Shown here one piece after another: positions 1 through 15,041 of a stretch of 64,000 nt of DNA. Below the pieces are notes generated by a model. The model searched no databases. It worked only from the letters and a program-made list of their open reading frames with translations, and had not been told where the DNA came from. A program made the position numbers and the translations under genes. Origin of the DNA: Eledone cirrhosa (Eukaryota); the NCBI GenBank assembly GCA_964016885.1, contig OZ024742.1:42780001-42844000 (forward strand). The letters are read 5' to 3'. Numbering within the stretch: position 1 is the first letter of the stretch; each line of letters starts with the position of its first letter.

Positions 1-1589
1 AGGAAAGTTTTAACATGTAAGTAGCTTAGTCAGATGAATGGCTTAATAAACACAGATCTGAGCAAGAGATAACTGTAACCCCCAAATTGCCAGCCTGACA
101 AAAAAACCCAACAAACAAGTTCAACATTAAATCAAGGCTTCTCGAGCTTTCCTTTCACATCATATACATATTTCTGTGCTGTAAAGATGGTACTAATACT
201 GTTTAAAATGTTCCTAGGTAGTAGCTTGGCAGGAAGTAAACCAATCAAGTAAATATTAAAAACAATAATTCAATGAGATGGGTGATTGCTTATATTTTAC
301 AATAACTCAAACCATAGCTCTATATTTGGAGGCATATCAGGTTAGCTGGTCATCAACACCAAAAGGAAATGTGCATAATTACCAAATTTTTTAATATCAT
401 GGGTGGTCACACTTTGAGATGCCGTTCTAGATGACAAAATAATTGCTCCAACAAATTTCATTTATGCAAATATTTGAAAAACAACTAATTGACAATTTAT
501 TATGAAATGAAATAAAAAGCAAACTATTTAAGGCCATTTTTCCTGTTAAAATAGGTATTAGCTATGTAGGCCCCATGATACACATCCATTTAATGCTATC
601 TTCTCTGGCTTTCATTTTCCTTTACTTCCTTCCTTAACCCATTAGCATTTAAACCGGCTGTATCCGGCCCGAATTCTCTCACCTGTTCAAACTGGCCATT
701 CATATTGATGTTAAGGAATGGTTCTCAAAATAAATGAAAATCTCATAAGATTTGATGTGAGATAAAGCTTTACAATAGTAAATATAGAATAATGTAAATC
801 ACTAGCTTGGTTCTTATCGCTCATCCTTTCTCAACATGACTAAAGCAGCCTTCACATCTCTGCATTTATATACATGTTTTGCTTCCATAAATTATGGCAC
901 ATCTCTCACATGTAGCATATACCTTCATGTTCGGTTTCAACAATACACCTTTCTTCATTAGCTGTAAACCAAAATTAGAAATCACAGGTATGGCTGTGTA
1001 GTCAAGGAGTTCAGTTTCAGTCCCGCTGCCTAGCACCTAGGGCAAGTATCTTTCCTATAGACTGATGACCAATTCCCATGAGTGAAATTTGTAGATGCAA
1101 ACAAGAAGCGTTTATATACATACTGTTGTAGGGAAAAAACCCTAAACATCTCCGCATAACTAAAAGTGGACTAGGCGAACTGTCAGGAGACTGTGTACAC
1201 GGAGTCTCGTAGGGATCTCATTGGTAATTCGAAATTACACCTGGTGAATACTTTGGTTTTACTTTCGTCCGTACAGATATACCAACATGTGTAACACCCC
1301 ATTATAACACATATATATATGTCTATTAATGTCCTATAACTTGGTGGTTTGACAAAAAATATGAATAATATAAAGTACTGTACTTGAAAAAAGAAGTACT
1401 TTAAGGTGGTCCCTAGCATGGCCTCAGTCCAATGAAAGATCAATAATAAAATAAAAAAAAAACAAAAAAAAAAAAACTGCATATATATGGTCATGAAGAT
1501 TGCTAGGAACAAAATCAATTTAAATGAGATGCAGTTAGGCTTTATGCCCTCTTTCTGGTAAGACAACTGCAGTACTTAGCTATAAGTAA

Positions 1590-2055
1590 GCCACTATACC
1601 TGGCATTTGTAGAACTTTGACATGGTCTCCCGCCATGTAGTATGTTGAGTTAGGTGCAAACAAATGGTTTGTGAGGGCTGTGCAAACCATGTATAAAAGT
1701 GTAATGAGTAAGGGCTCAGTACTCAGTTCATTTGTTTAATCATTGGCCTTTAAGCCATCACTGAGAAGTTTAAATGTGGCACTCCAAGCATTGCAGAACC
1801 TAGAGTTGAAAAGCCTACAAATAAACTTAGCAACTATAAAAATAGGACAACAAAGACCTGCAATGCTACATAGCAGTAAAAAGAACTTGACATAAGAGGG
1901 ATGTTGTGTGCAAGTGAGAAGAGTACATTGATATGGGTACATAAAGAAATCCCAGTGGCTGGAAGCTGTGGAAGAGACAGACCAACCTTAAGACATGACA
2001 GCCTTCATAGTACTCGAGATACAATATAATGCACTTGGTAGAGTGCAGGATCATA
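1590..2055 (-). mobile_element. Degraded CR1-like LINE 3' fragment
   Basis: Minus-strand translation resembles the CR1 C-terminus (FNSRFCNAW...FK; LEY...LRLV). Confidence 0.45.
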
Positions 2056-3718
2056 TGTAAGCAAAATGCAAGATAGTAGCTATGTGAAGACCAGCCTGAC
2101 CCTTGCTAGCAGGGAAAATGGACGTTAAATGATAATGATGTGTTCCAAGATTTATGCCTCTTACGATGCACAATGTCATAATTTACCTTTTCATGCTGAG
2201 GTGGTATGATGCAACTGGCTGCCAACCCATATTTTTCTTTCACATGTCAAACTACTGACTTCTGAATATAAACATCACTGTCTTGTGGTGTCAAATGTAA
2301 AGACACATATAAATGTGTGCCTAAACATATATATATATACACGCAACAGGCTTTCTAATAGTTCCTACCTACCAAATTTACTCAATGTATTGGTCACCAT
2401 GAGGCTATAGTTGAGGATACTTCCCCAAAGTGCTAGGTGGTGGAATAGAACATATAATCTCATGGTCCGAAAGGGAATTTTTTTACCTAGTCTTACTACT
2501 TTCAAGAATTTTAGTTAATCATACAGATTCTAGTACTTGTTTTATCAAACTACCAGTTACAGAACAGAATCACATACATGTTTTTGCACTGTTAACCTCG
2601 TAAATTCCACTCAGAAGCTACAGAAGCCACTAGCTCAAGTATATCTTAATGATTGTCTACAACAGAGAGCACATAAAACTAGCAGGAATTAAAAGGAAAA
2701 TCAATTTGGCTACCCCCAGTCCTACGAAAAGGTGGTGGGTTGATAGAACATTGTGCAATATTTCTTTCGGATATCTGCACTCTGAATTTAAATCCCACTG
2801 AGGTCAACTTTGCTTTTTGAGTTAAATAAATTGTAGTTCATTTTCGTTTATCTGGAAGAATTCAGCCTGGAAAGGGATGGTCTCTACCAGGGTTGAAATA
2901 CTCAACACGAGAGGAGTATTTCATTAAAAATATGGTAATAAAATTATTAAAAACGTAGTGATCTGAACATGGATATATAACTGCCCGCTTCACTTAACAT
3001 GTTAACAAGGAAGTTAACATATTCACATATGGACATACTCCTTATAACATTTTCCTACATGGCTCATTGAAGTCTGATTATGAGCCACGTAAACCCCCCA
3101 ACAAAACCTTGTTTATCAGATAAGACCAAGAAAACTGTTTTGTTTTTCCATTGCTGATATTATTTGCTGATCACAACTGGTAGGAGGAGTTTGAATTTAT
3201 GCGCAGAGTCGGAACACGTACTGCCAATACACAGCTCCCGAATAAAGTATCGACTTTATTAACCCTGACAAGATGAAAAGGTAAAGTTGACTTCAGTGGG
3301 ATTTGAACTCACCCAAAATGAATAGAGGAATTTAAACCGGCCAGGATCCCCTCACCTCTTTCTGTTCATACTTATGTTAAGGTATTGTTCTCATGGGAGA
3401 CAAAGTGTTTACTGTAAAAATACAATAACATATATAGAGTAATGTGAATGCTAAAGAGTTAAACTGATGCACCAATGACTTTGGCAATACACCAACTTGC
3501 AGAACAAGTTAACCTGCCAGCTGTAGCAAAAAGGCTTACAAAAAATAATTCAGTGCTATATACAGTTGATACTAGGGACCACAGTAGAAAATGTGAAGTA
3601 GTACCAGGATCAGCTAGGACACATGGCTAAACATTAAGAAGCATATACCACTTAAGTTTAGAGAGAGAGAGAAAAAAAAAACAAAAAAAAAAAAAAACAT
3701 GTACAAGTAATTAGGGAC

Positions 3719-3724
3719 TTTATT
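3719..3724 (-). terminator. Probable EIF3B polyadenylation signal (AATAAA)
   Basis: AATAAA on the minus strand ~600 nt after the stop, followed ~25 nt later by a long U-rich tract (plus-strand poly-A, ~3672-3697). The intervening sequence is non-repetitive and UTR-like. Confidence 0.6.
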
Positions 3725-4331
3725 TGCACCACATCCCACCCACCCAACCCACCAACAGTGCAGCTAGAACAAAGAAAATGGTCAATGTTTTCAGCAAAGT
3801 CTAGATGGCAGCTCCATAACCGGAATGGTGCTGGGAAGAGCCCGGAGAAGTGTCCAAATAGTAGATTGAGGGAGAGAGCAGTGTAATGAATCAGCGTGGT
3901 ATTAGGAGGAGGTAACAGTCCACTAAGACCATGTCCAGACAACTGCAACAACTTGGAGACCAGGGCTGCTAATGACCACCTACAGGAAACACATGACAGA
4001 ATTCTAGATGACACTGATATAAGTGATGCCGTTACTGTTGTTTCTTGGTGAATCAAACACCTGCAGGAGTGGCTCAACCATACTTTGGACGCCACTGTCA
4101 CACGGGGATCAGATGAACAAGTGGATAAGAGAGACGCAACAGAGATTGCTGCTATCTTAGTCATCATCTGGTTAGCAGTGACAATCTATTTCTGGAGGTC
4201 AAGCTTGTCTGATGGCATTAAAAATAATTCTAACAGGAAAAAAAAAAAAGATAAACAAATTAATAATTATAATAATAATAATGTGGCGTGTGAATGAGTA
4301 AAAAAAAAGTTTTTTTTCTGCCCAAAGTGGA

Positions 4332-4426
4332 TCACTCGAGAACAATTTCCTCAACACTCAACAGGAATTCAATAGTCTCGTCAATATAGTTGTCTGGGTT
4401 GTTGGCCTGAGAGTCTGTATCATGGC
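4332..4426 (-). CDS. EIF3B: EIF3B terminal coding exon 17
   Basis: [31 protein letters not shown] followed by TGA; CAG acceptor. Confidence 0.92.
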
Positions 4427-4752
4427 CTGAAAACAAACAAATAACTCAGTTATCACACATTACAAATAACTATCACATACAAATAAATCTCAAATATCAC
4501 ACATTACAAACAATTATATAGTGTTGGTGATAGGAAGGACACCCATCCATAGAAAACTTGCCAAACAAAGGTTCGGAGGATTCGTCAGTTGTCATAGATG
4601 AGACATCCTCCCTAGTGTTCATCATCTATATAAATGCTTCAATACACTGTAAAGTGATTGATGATAGGAAGGGCATTCAGCTGTAGAAAACTTGGCAAAC
4701 AGATCTACGACATGTCCAACTTTTGCTATTAGGGAAATGGATAATACCACAT

Positions 4753-4802
<50 letters not shown>

Positions 4803-7800
4803 AAACCAACATGGACATTAATGGAACCCGAACTAGGCAATTCCATTTAACCCTTTAGCATTTAAACCGTCCGCATCTGACCAAAATTCTCTCACCTCTT
4901 TCTGTTCAAAGCAGCCGTAACTGGCGGCTCATACTTATATTAAGGTATTGTTCTCAAAATAAATATCAGCAAATTCTCGTAGATTCGATATTATGCGAGA
5001 TAAAGCCTTTTCTGTGAAAATGCAATAGTAAATAGAGTAATGTAAATGCTAAAGGGTTAAAATCTGTTCAGAGTAGAGCATTTGATATCAAAAAGCTGAG
5101 AGTATAAGACTCCTTCCCGATCAGGATGCCTTTCCTGTGCAAGGTTAATCCCAAGCTGTTGTGCTGGTATTCATTTTCAGCTGAGTAAACTAGGGCAAAA
5201 GGAAATGAAGCTACTGAAGAATGCAACATGAGGTCTGATCCAGGAATTGAGCCTACAATAAAGTAACCAAAAAGAGCCTTCCCATCTCCTCCATCCAACC
5301 AAGGAACTTACCATCTCTTAGATTTATTCTTCTCTCACGGTACTGAGCATATTCTTGTTCCTTGTCAGCACGATATTGCCGGAAATCAGACAACATCTTA
5401 CGCCGTTTCTCAACCATTTCCTAGAAAACAAGCCAACATTTTAACCATCACCATCACATGAATTCAACAACATAAACACTGACACATGTATATATATACA
5501 AGGGGGCTTCAAAAAGTTTGTGGAAAAAACGGTTTAAGTTATGATGATTATTTTTCCACATATGCTCCATCTAGGTCAATAGACTTCTGTAAGTGTTGAT
5601 ACCAGCCTTTAAGACCATGAGATTTAAACCATGTGTAGAGCAGCCTTTTTTTTTTACATTTTCTACTGGGGATCATCTTCAACTTCCAAAATGACATCCA
5701 TTTGTAGGTTGTTGATTTCTTTGGGGCATTGTCCCCATAAACTTGTGACAGAGCGTCAATGATTTGGCTGCTCTTCCACCCTAGCTTCATCATGAAATTG
5801 ATGTTTTGTTAGAGGCCATGTTGCTCGAGCGGGTGCTGATTTCTGACTGACGTGATGCCACTGCATTGCAACATGCATTTAAGAGTTCATTTTAGAACAT
5901 GTTATGACACGTTAGTACAAGAATGTACAGTTGCATTGAGATCAAAATCCCTGCATATGATTTTTAGCTATGTACTTTTTCCACAAACTTGTTGAAGCCC
6001 CCTTGTATATGCATGTGTATATATGTATACACACACACGCAGTAGACTTCCTTACAGTTCCTGCGTACCAAATTAACTGACAAGTGAGTCACTTGTGCAA
6101 TGTGCCATGAAGTGGGATTGAATCTGAAATCAAGTTGTGAAGCAAACCTCTTAACCACCCATATATCAATATATTTTCCACAACAATAAAAACGCCATGT
6201 TCCATATGTGTATATATTTTATATTTAATTCAAGACTAAATTTAAGAATTTCAACTATTTGTTAGTGAGCATAAGCCATTTAATACCAAACCAGCTGAAA
6301 TGGCTTCTGGTTCCACCATTTTACGTAAGAACCTTTTTAAGTTATGTTCCAAACATCAGCTTAATGATGAGAATCATATTACAAAATCTTAACCACCCAT
6401 ATATCAATATATTTTCCACAGCAATAAAAACGCCATGTTCCATATGTGTATATATTTTATATTTAATTCAAGACTAAATTTAAGAATTTCAACTATTTGT
6501 TAGTGAGCATAAGCCATTTAATACCAAACCAGCTGAAATGGCTTCTGGTTCCACCATTTTACGTAAGAACCTTTTTAAGTTATGTTCCAAACATCAGCTT
6601 AATGATGAGAATCATATTACAAAATCCATCAACATTTTTGATTATTTTCAAAATTACTTGAAAATCACAGGCAGTGTCTTTCATTAAAAACATAATAAAA
6701 TGGTTTAAAATATTTGTATTTATCTAAAACTTTCTATCATTATTTTATGTAAGAAGGGCGGTGGATTGGCAGTCTCGGTAGAGAGTCGGACGACATGCTT
6801 TCGCCCTTTACGGTCTGAGTTCAAATCCCGCCGAGGTCTACTTTGCCTTTCATCCTTACGGAGTCGATAAAATAAAGTACCAGTAATGTACTGGGTAATC
6901 GCTGGACTTGTGCCAAAGTAGAAACAATTATTTTATGTAAGAACATTTGTTATATTTCAAACACCATGTTATAAACATACTTTATTAGATTGGTGTTTTG
7001 ATCACAGTTCTTACATACAGAACAGTGATAGAACACTTATCTAGCAAAATTTCAAGATATTACTCTTTTACTCATTCCAGCCATCTGGTTGAGGCACCGC
7101 CCTTGGTTATTGCATACAACTAATGACAAATACACACTCAATTATTCTAAATGCTGGGTTCTACTAAAACAACAATAATTGAACCTCTTTATTTCCATTT
7201 CTAATTTTCTAATGAAAAATAGACTATGATATTTAAATAAAAAAAAAAAAAATCATGAATTTGAAGGCTCTAGTAAAATAACCAGCTTTCTCATTAAGTT
7301 GGAACATAAAAGTCTTTTTATATAAAATTATAATGGAAGGCATTTAGATGATAAATACTTTAACTCTTGATACCAAACAACTCCCAGTTCTACAATACAA
7401 GACTATACTATAAAGTATTTATTTTTATCGAAAAACCTCCAATCATAAATTATGTTAGAACCTTTATGTTCTAAACATCAACCTAATACCAAGTTAGTTG
7501 TGTTTTTCATAATTTTTTGGCAGGGTATTTCTGGATGGACGCCCATCCTACCACAAACTACTTTAGTGTGGTCTAGGTGCATTTTATGATGTTACCACCA
7601 CTAGAAAGGTTGTCCAAAAGGACTTAAGGGTCCTCTTTACCATATGCCAGTTTTTATTAAGACTGCTCCCCTAGACAGGTTGCTGTTGCTATGGTTTATA
7701 GATCTCACATCTACTCAAAGCACTTACATATTTGGAGTGACTGCCTTCCTAGATGGGTTGCCTCCCCTGTAAATTATGGAGTCCTCATATAAAACCTCTC

Positions 7801-10800
7801 CAAATTCTTGATAATTTAAAAAGCATGTCTTATTTCTCCATCAGTTGAATCATCAACGAATGTTATGTACATAAAACAGATTTATATATGTGAGAGAGAT
7901 ACAAACCTTTGAGGCCTTTGTTTCACTCATCTTATCCTTGATCTCAAACTGAGTGGAATATTTCTTCATATTCTTCTTAATGTCTTTAAGTTGATCCTTT
8001 GTCAGAAGGCTAGGGGGTCGGGGTCGCCACTGCAGTTGACAGAATCTATCCAGGGACTGCTTTTGCAGAAGTCTTCCCTGGAATGTCCACACCCAATAGG
8101 CATTGTCCACCTGAAACATACAAAATATCAACAATATTATTAGGTTGGAGAAGACTAACTGTTGAAACAGGATTTAAAAAAAGGGAAAAAAAAAAAACCT
8201 CTCAGAAAGCTTCTGAAAAATACGTTAAACAGTGTGATTCTCTTAAAACATGGTTACCAGAACTTCCAATCTGGCTGCACATGTCAATCCTGTTCATGAA
8301 AATAATGAACAGGAGAAGTGACAGTACGCACTCTTTGTGGAGTCTGACTCCCACATTGAATGGTTTTGATTTAGCACCATTAATCCAAATACTTGGACAT
8401 TTGTATAGAGACATCAAACTAACCATCGGTCACATACTCCTGCACAACTTTCCACAGCAGGTCCTGTGGTACGTGGTCATATGCCTTTTTGAGATCATCA
8501 AAGCAAGAATACTTCTCCTGGCAGTACTCCCCCGATTTCTCAAAAGTCCTGCCGCAGTGTGAATATTTGATTGGCTGTGCTGCGCCTGGAGCAAAAACCA
8601 AACTGCTCATCGGCTACCTTGGACTCGACAATCTCCCTACATCTCTTTTCTGACACTTAGCATAGACTTTGCCAGGGAGGCTTAACAAGAAGATCCCTAT
8701 ATAATTGGAGCAATCTCTCATCTTCGTTTTTAACAACTGACATCATCACTCCCAATTGTTATTGCTTAGATCCAGGTCACCTGGCACACACAGAATACTT
8801 TAAGACTTGTAACATCTCTGGCCAAATTTCATCCTCTCCAATGGCCTCGCCACATTTGACTTCTTTAATTGCTCTTGTGACCTCAGCCTCTGAGAGATTA
8901 GTCACCACTCCCAGATGCATCTTGTGTACATCAGATGTGATCAGTTTAGAAGATCAGCAAAGTATTCTCTCCACGTCTTGAGGATACACTTCTCCGAAGA
9001 GAGAAGAATCCCAAATGCATTCCTGATTGCAGTGGATAGGAGGACTTCCTATTACGAAGTCAGAAGATGGTTAGCTAGAACACTTTATTTGCTGACCTGA
9101 AGTCAGATTCCAGCTTAACGAAAGCCTTCCATGTCTTTACTATCTTTGTTGCGACTTGTGCCTATTTGTACCACAAGTGCAAGAAGGACTTATTTCCAAA
9201 CCAAGCTTTCAGGGCCTCTTTTGCTTAGATGGCATTTAAAGATTTATCTGCCTATTATTATAATGTCTTTCACTGTCCAGTCCCACATGTATTGTGACCC
9301 CTATCTTTATAATCATCATCATCGTTTAACGTCCATTTTCCATGCTAGTATATTATATGTGCAAGACATTGTGACTAATAAAGAAATCATTATTACTATG
9401 TTAAGACTTCAATCATGACCACAGTCCCGCCACTAAAGGACCTTTCACCACCACCATCTTTTTATGTCTGCGACTTCTGGTGCATTGTTTTTAATCCCAC
9501 TGCAACATACAAATGCCACTAGTTGCCCAAGATGAAGACACTGGAGAGACAAGCACACACACATTAAAGCCTCTCCCAAGTACAGCAGCTTGTCAGTCAG
9601 GAATTTAGCGTAGTTTCATTGGTGTTAAACAACTGAGAGCACAAGACTTTCCCCTAGTTCATTGCTGAGTTAACCCCGCTAGTACAACTGAGTTGACTGG
9701 TGTAATGTGAAATGAAGTGTCTTGCTCAAGAACATAACATGAAACCTGGCCCCAGAATTGAACCCACAATATTACAAATATAAAGCCAACAAATTAACCA
9801 TATCAATTTCACGAGACAATAGTATAAGACACTTGTCCAAGATAAAGCAAACTTTTATTTACACAATCATGCTTGCACCTCCAGGTAATATCAGGTTGAG
9901 GAAGAAATGTATATAGGAGAGAAAGAGAGAGACTTACTTTATGTCCCCACCAACTGACACCAGAGACAACATATCGTCCAGTCGGATCCCATTCAACATC
10001 AGTAGACATGAAATGCTCTGTGAGGGCCATTACTGTCATATCGTTAGTGTCAATGAACTCCAAGTTGCCATTCAAACTAGATAAATAAAAAATGAAATTC
10101 ATAGCTCATACCTATGCAGGTTCAGCTAGCCTCTTATGAGGTTTCTTGGGTTTAAACTCTTAACATCATACACAGTATGAGACTATATTAGCAAGACATT
10201 CTTGAAAAATATAAAACTAGATATAATAACAAACTTTCTCATTATTATGTTGATGTTTGGAACATAGCTTAACAGAGGTTCTTACATTAAATTATGGAAG
10301 TTTTTTAAAATAAATATAAACATTTAAAAACAGTTTTATATTCAAGAACAGGGAAGGTTTTAGGTAGTTTGGTATCTAAAAGGTTAAATATATATTCTTT
10401 TCATTGCTATTTTCAGACTTCTCCATCTATGAACAACTGTATTTATAATTTCTTTACAAGAAATATATAAACAAAATCTGCTTGTATGCGTGTATTAATA
10501 TTATAATGTCTAATGTGTACAACTAAGTAGGTGGCTGTAAACTTCATATTTTAATACATGGCCAGGTTATGGCAGTTTCAGCATAACCGCTTATGAGGTT
10601 GCTTCACATAGGTTTCTTGGATTTTTTGATGATTAGGGCCTCAGTTTTATCATGAGGGGCCCTTAGGAAGATGAAACTTTGACAAAGTCTTGACTTCATA
10701 ACTTTTTCTAATGGTTATTTTTACTGAAACAAGTTGTTACTATCTGATGGTCACAACTACTGGCAGAATGAGGAGGGATTTGAACTCAGAACAGGATCAG

Positions 10801-13800
10801 ATGCTACATATCAATCCAATTAGAAAGACAAGTTATGTGAGTCAGATACTTACGTCCTAAGTCCAGCTAACACAATAAACTGCCCTTGTGGGCTCCAAAA
10901 GAGATGGTTAGCTGACCGTTTCTCAAGGCTCTCTGTAGTAAACAAGGAAAAAAGGAGACATATACAATATATAATGAACAAAATATTAAACAATTCCCTA
11001 AATATAAAAATATAGATACGATTTCATTCCAGGTAGAATCACTCTATATTATTCAGTTAAATCATTGAATTGTTTCATCAAACATTCATAAAAATTAAAA
11101 AAAGAGAAGCAATCAGCATTTGAATATATTTTAAACAAAGTGTTTTACTCAGTCACAATGTGCAGAATGTACTGGGTGCCTTGCTCAAACAAAGACAATG
11201 TATAAAGTGTACTGAGTGCCCAGTTCAAGGTCACAATGTATGAAGTGTACTGGGTGTCCAGTTCAAGGACACAATGTATAAAGTGTACTGAGTGCCCAGT
11301 TCAAAGTCACAATGTATGAAGTGTAGTGGGTGTCCAGTTCAGTTCAAAGACACAATGTGCCACTTGGTCCTGGGATCAAACCAATGACCTTATGATTGTG
11401 AAACCAAGACTTTAATTACTAGTTAGTTAAACACAGGGTGAAGATGTACAACCTTAAAATGTCATACAGCTGAACTGGCTATAATTAGAGGGTAAATAAT
11501 ACAAAACAGCTCACACCCAGGCAGGTTTAGTTGGCCTTGTAGGTTTCTTAGGTGTTTTAATAACAGGATACTCAATCTTATCATGAAAAGCAACAAAAAA
11601 AACCGAAGAGTATAGCTGAAGAACACAACGCACTACCCAGTCCAGGTATTGAACCCCCGGTCTTATGATTGTGAATCCAACAAACCACCACACATTGTAA
11701 TAGAAAGGTCTAACTACAAAAGCTTTAGTCTGCTGTTCTACCAATAACAACAACAATACAATAAGTTACTCACTTAAAACCTCCACTTTACCCCCGGGTC
11801 GAATATTACAGAATGTGACACATGTCCGAGGGGCCTCACCATGGATGTAGCCAAATTTACTTCCATTGGGTTCCCAGGCAAATGCAATTATACTTTCTGA
11901 AATCAATAAGAATTGAAACTTTGAAAAGAAATAGAAACATAGAAAATATGATACATTGTATCAGGTTCAATATTAATGATAATGAAAATTATTGCGTACA
12001 ATGCTCAGGTGCAACACAACTCATCAAAGGTGCATATATAGTACATAGAAAAATGTAAAAATGTCAGGAAAGTGAACAGTGTATGAGTCATACAGATACA
12101 TGTGTATGTGTTTAGGGAGGGGGAATATCAGGAAGCATGGAGGTTTTGTACTCTATCAAGTGGAAGGAGATAATGTTTATATTTATCTAAAAACCTTCCA
12201 TCATAATCTTATATAAGACCTTTTGTCATGTTCCAAACACCAGCTTAATAATGAGAAAATTTATCAACTAAATCTCTCCAAATTCATGATTTTACATTTT
12301 TATTAGAAAATTACAGCCAGGTATAAAACTGTCAAATTGAAGATACTCATAGACACACATATAGGCTTCTACATAGTTTCTGCCGACTAAAATCTACTCT
12401 CGAAGCATTAGTCAGCCCAAGGCTATATAAAGACACTTGCCAAGGTACCACAGTGGGATTTTTACTTTAAACCACGTGGTAGCAAAGCAATTATCTAAGC
12501 CACACAACAATGGTATTTATATCATTTAGCACCAATAGTATTGTGCTTCACTTTAACCTTTTTGTTACCAAATCACCTGAAAATGCATCCAGGGCTTGAA
12601 GTACTAAAGTATTTAAACAAGATTAGCAGCATAGACAAAACTGTCTACAAGAGGTAACCACAGAAAGAGCAAGTGAGAACTATAAAACATGTCTAATGAT
12701 TAAGAGAGAGAGAGAGAGAAATAGAATACCTTTGATTTCAATTTTATCAACAGGAATTTGTTTCTCACGAATCCTGAATACTTCAAAGTTATAAGAGATT
12801 CCCTGTAAAACAAAGAAATCAACAAATTTAGTCATCAGTCCCACATGTCAACACACACAACGGCAAGATACGTTTTAAAGCCACTTTCCTTCATAGAACA
12901 GAATTTAACCGTATCGACACCATGACAAGCTTCTCCATTTTGCCCTATTGTCAGCATCTACCCTAACCAACCTCACTGGTTTTCATTTCCTCCACTCCTT
13001 TCACCTAGTCAATTTTATCCTTCCTCAACATATAATCCATCCATCCATCTCATTTCAATTCTTTTCATAACAATCACTGATTATTCCCACTATCATCTGC
13101 AATTCACTGTGCATTCCTCTCTCCAATCTTCTCTATGTTTATCATTCATATCTCATTCTCATAAATCATGCCACTTTCACACACAGCATACACCCATCCC
13201 TTCAGTTTCAGTAACATTGTCCTCATCACCACTTACTCTATATGTGTACTGGTCTTTTTCTTCCACTTTCTTGGCTTTAGTGTAGCGGTCAACTTTGACA
13301 CATAAATAATCGCCCAGTTTCTGCCAATGCATCTTACAATCTGCCACATTGAATAAGTTTTTCTTGCATAGTTCTGTTCGATTTGGTATACTAATCAACA
13401 CAACCCTAGCTGGAACATTCTGCTGTTCTGGCATCCAGTAGGCAATCATGTTGTCTGTTGGGGACCAAGTAAAATCCCTAAATGGGAGAAAAAAGATAAA
13501 GATCAGTAAAATAGTAGTAAGTCAGAGAGAATGACTATGCCCGGTGTTAATAATTGTTTCTACTTTTGGCACAAGGCCAGCAATCATCCCAGTGTATTAC
13601 GGGTAATTTATTTTATCGACCCCGTAAGGATGAAAGGCAAAGTTAACCTCGGCGGGATTTGAACTCAGAATGGCAAGAGCCGTAACTATGCGTCAAAGCA
13701 TGGCGTCCGACCCTCTACTGATACTGCCAATCCACCATTAATAATTGTTTCTACTTTTGGCACAAGGCCAGCAATTACCCAGTATATTACTGGTACTTTA

Positions 13801-14976
13801 TTTTATCGACCCCGTAAGGATGAAAGGCAAAATTAACATCGACGAGATTTGAACTCAGATCATAAAGGGACGTAACTCTATGCTTCAAAGCATGGTGTCC
13901 GACTCTCTACCGATACTGCCAATCCACTGTTAATAATATTTCTAATATAGGCTCAATGCCACACATTGTGAAGGAGGGAACAGCTAGTAATATTGACTCC
14001 GGTACGTAACTGATATTACTTATTTTATGAATGCTGGAAAAGCAGCAAGCATTTTAACTATTTTTGTGGTAAAGACTTTATCTTACATAATATCGAATCT
14101 ATGAGATTTTGATGTTATTTATTTTAAGAACAATACCTTAACGTCAGTATGAGCAGCCAGTTACAGCTGGTTTGAACAGAGCGGTGAGAAAATTCTGGCC
14201 AGATACAGCTGGTTTAAGATGTTATTTGTACTATAATTAGCAAATGTGTCTGGTATCAAAATATATTGGTGGTTGTGTTTCATAGAACCAGAGGCAGTTT
14301 TGGGATGGGTTCAAAAGGATTAAGGCTTCATACTCATCATGGGGTAGTTTTTGAAGCAATGTTTCACAACTAAATGCTCTTAATGCCAACCCTTTTAGTC
14401 ACCTCTTACAACAGGCAGAGATATGATGTATTTATTATGAATGGGGTACACAGCAGTTTATGAATGTAGGAAAGATCCCTGCTGGATTTCAAATCAAAAC
14501 ATAAAATAACACTAGGCATTTTGTCTGATGCATTACCTATTGATATCTACTGCCTTCATTTCTCACAGACCCACAATGATACAGTTAGATGAAGGTAAAT
14601 GAACATTGCAGGATTCTAACTCAAAATATAAATGCCCTCTACATTTTTGAAAATAATCAAGAACTTTGAGGGATTTAGCAATATAACTTAGCAAGGGTTC
14701 CTACAGAAGACTATGATGGAAGGGGAGGATGGAAACAATGATATGACCTGACCCTTACTGCCCTACTCCAGTATATGAGGGAATTTGAACAGCAACCATT
14801 CTATTCACAACACATTGCTATATTTGTATATAGCCGTAGAAAACCTGCCAGATAGTCCTATATGAGCGAGACACGGTCACCCGACCAGTCTTGCCTCAAG
14901 TGGGACAACTCCCGTCTAACCCATGCTAACGTGGAAAACGGACGTTAAACGAAGATGATGATGATGATGATGATGA

Positions 14977-15041
<65 letters not shown>

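Noticed and set aside
1130-1310. CpG-rich patch with small hairpins (GAGACT...AGTCTC; GTAATT...AATTAC) as an ncRNA
   Set aside because: No recognisable RNA family motif; most likely a fragment of an unclassified repeat.
3658-4297. 169-aa minus-strand and 70-aa plus-strand ORFs downstream of EIF3B
   Set aside because: No recognisable domain; they lie in the probable 3' UTR and end in homopolymer-derived low complexity.
4575-4630. ATGATGA...CTGA snoRNA candidate in the last EIF3B intron
   Set aside because: Only ~40 nt, embedded in decayed SINE pieces, with no terminal stem or recognisable guide.
13200-13232. C/D-box snoRNA-like TGATGA...CTGA in EIF3B intron 10
   Set aside because: The boxes are only ~11 nt apart and abut the splice donor; too short and no terminal stem.
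13237-13290. Charged insertion ([16 protein letters not shown]) in EIF3B relative to the vertebrate protein
   Set aside because: As I recall, a similar insertion exists in other invertebrate eIF3b proteins, so it is not novel.
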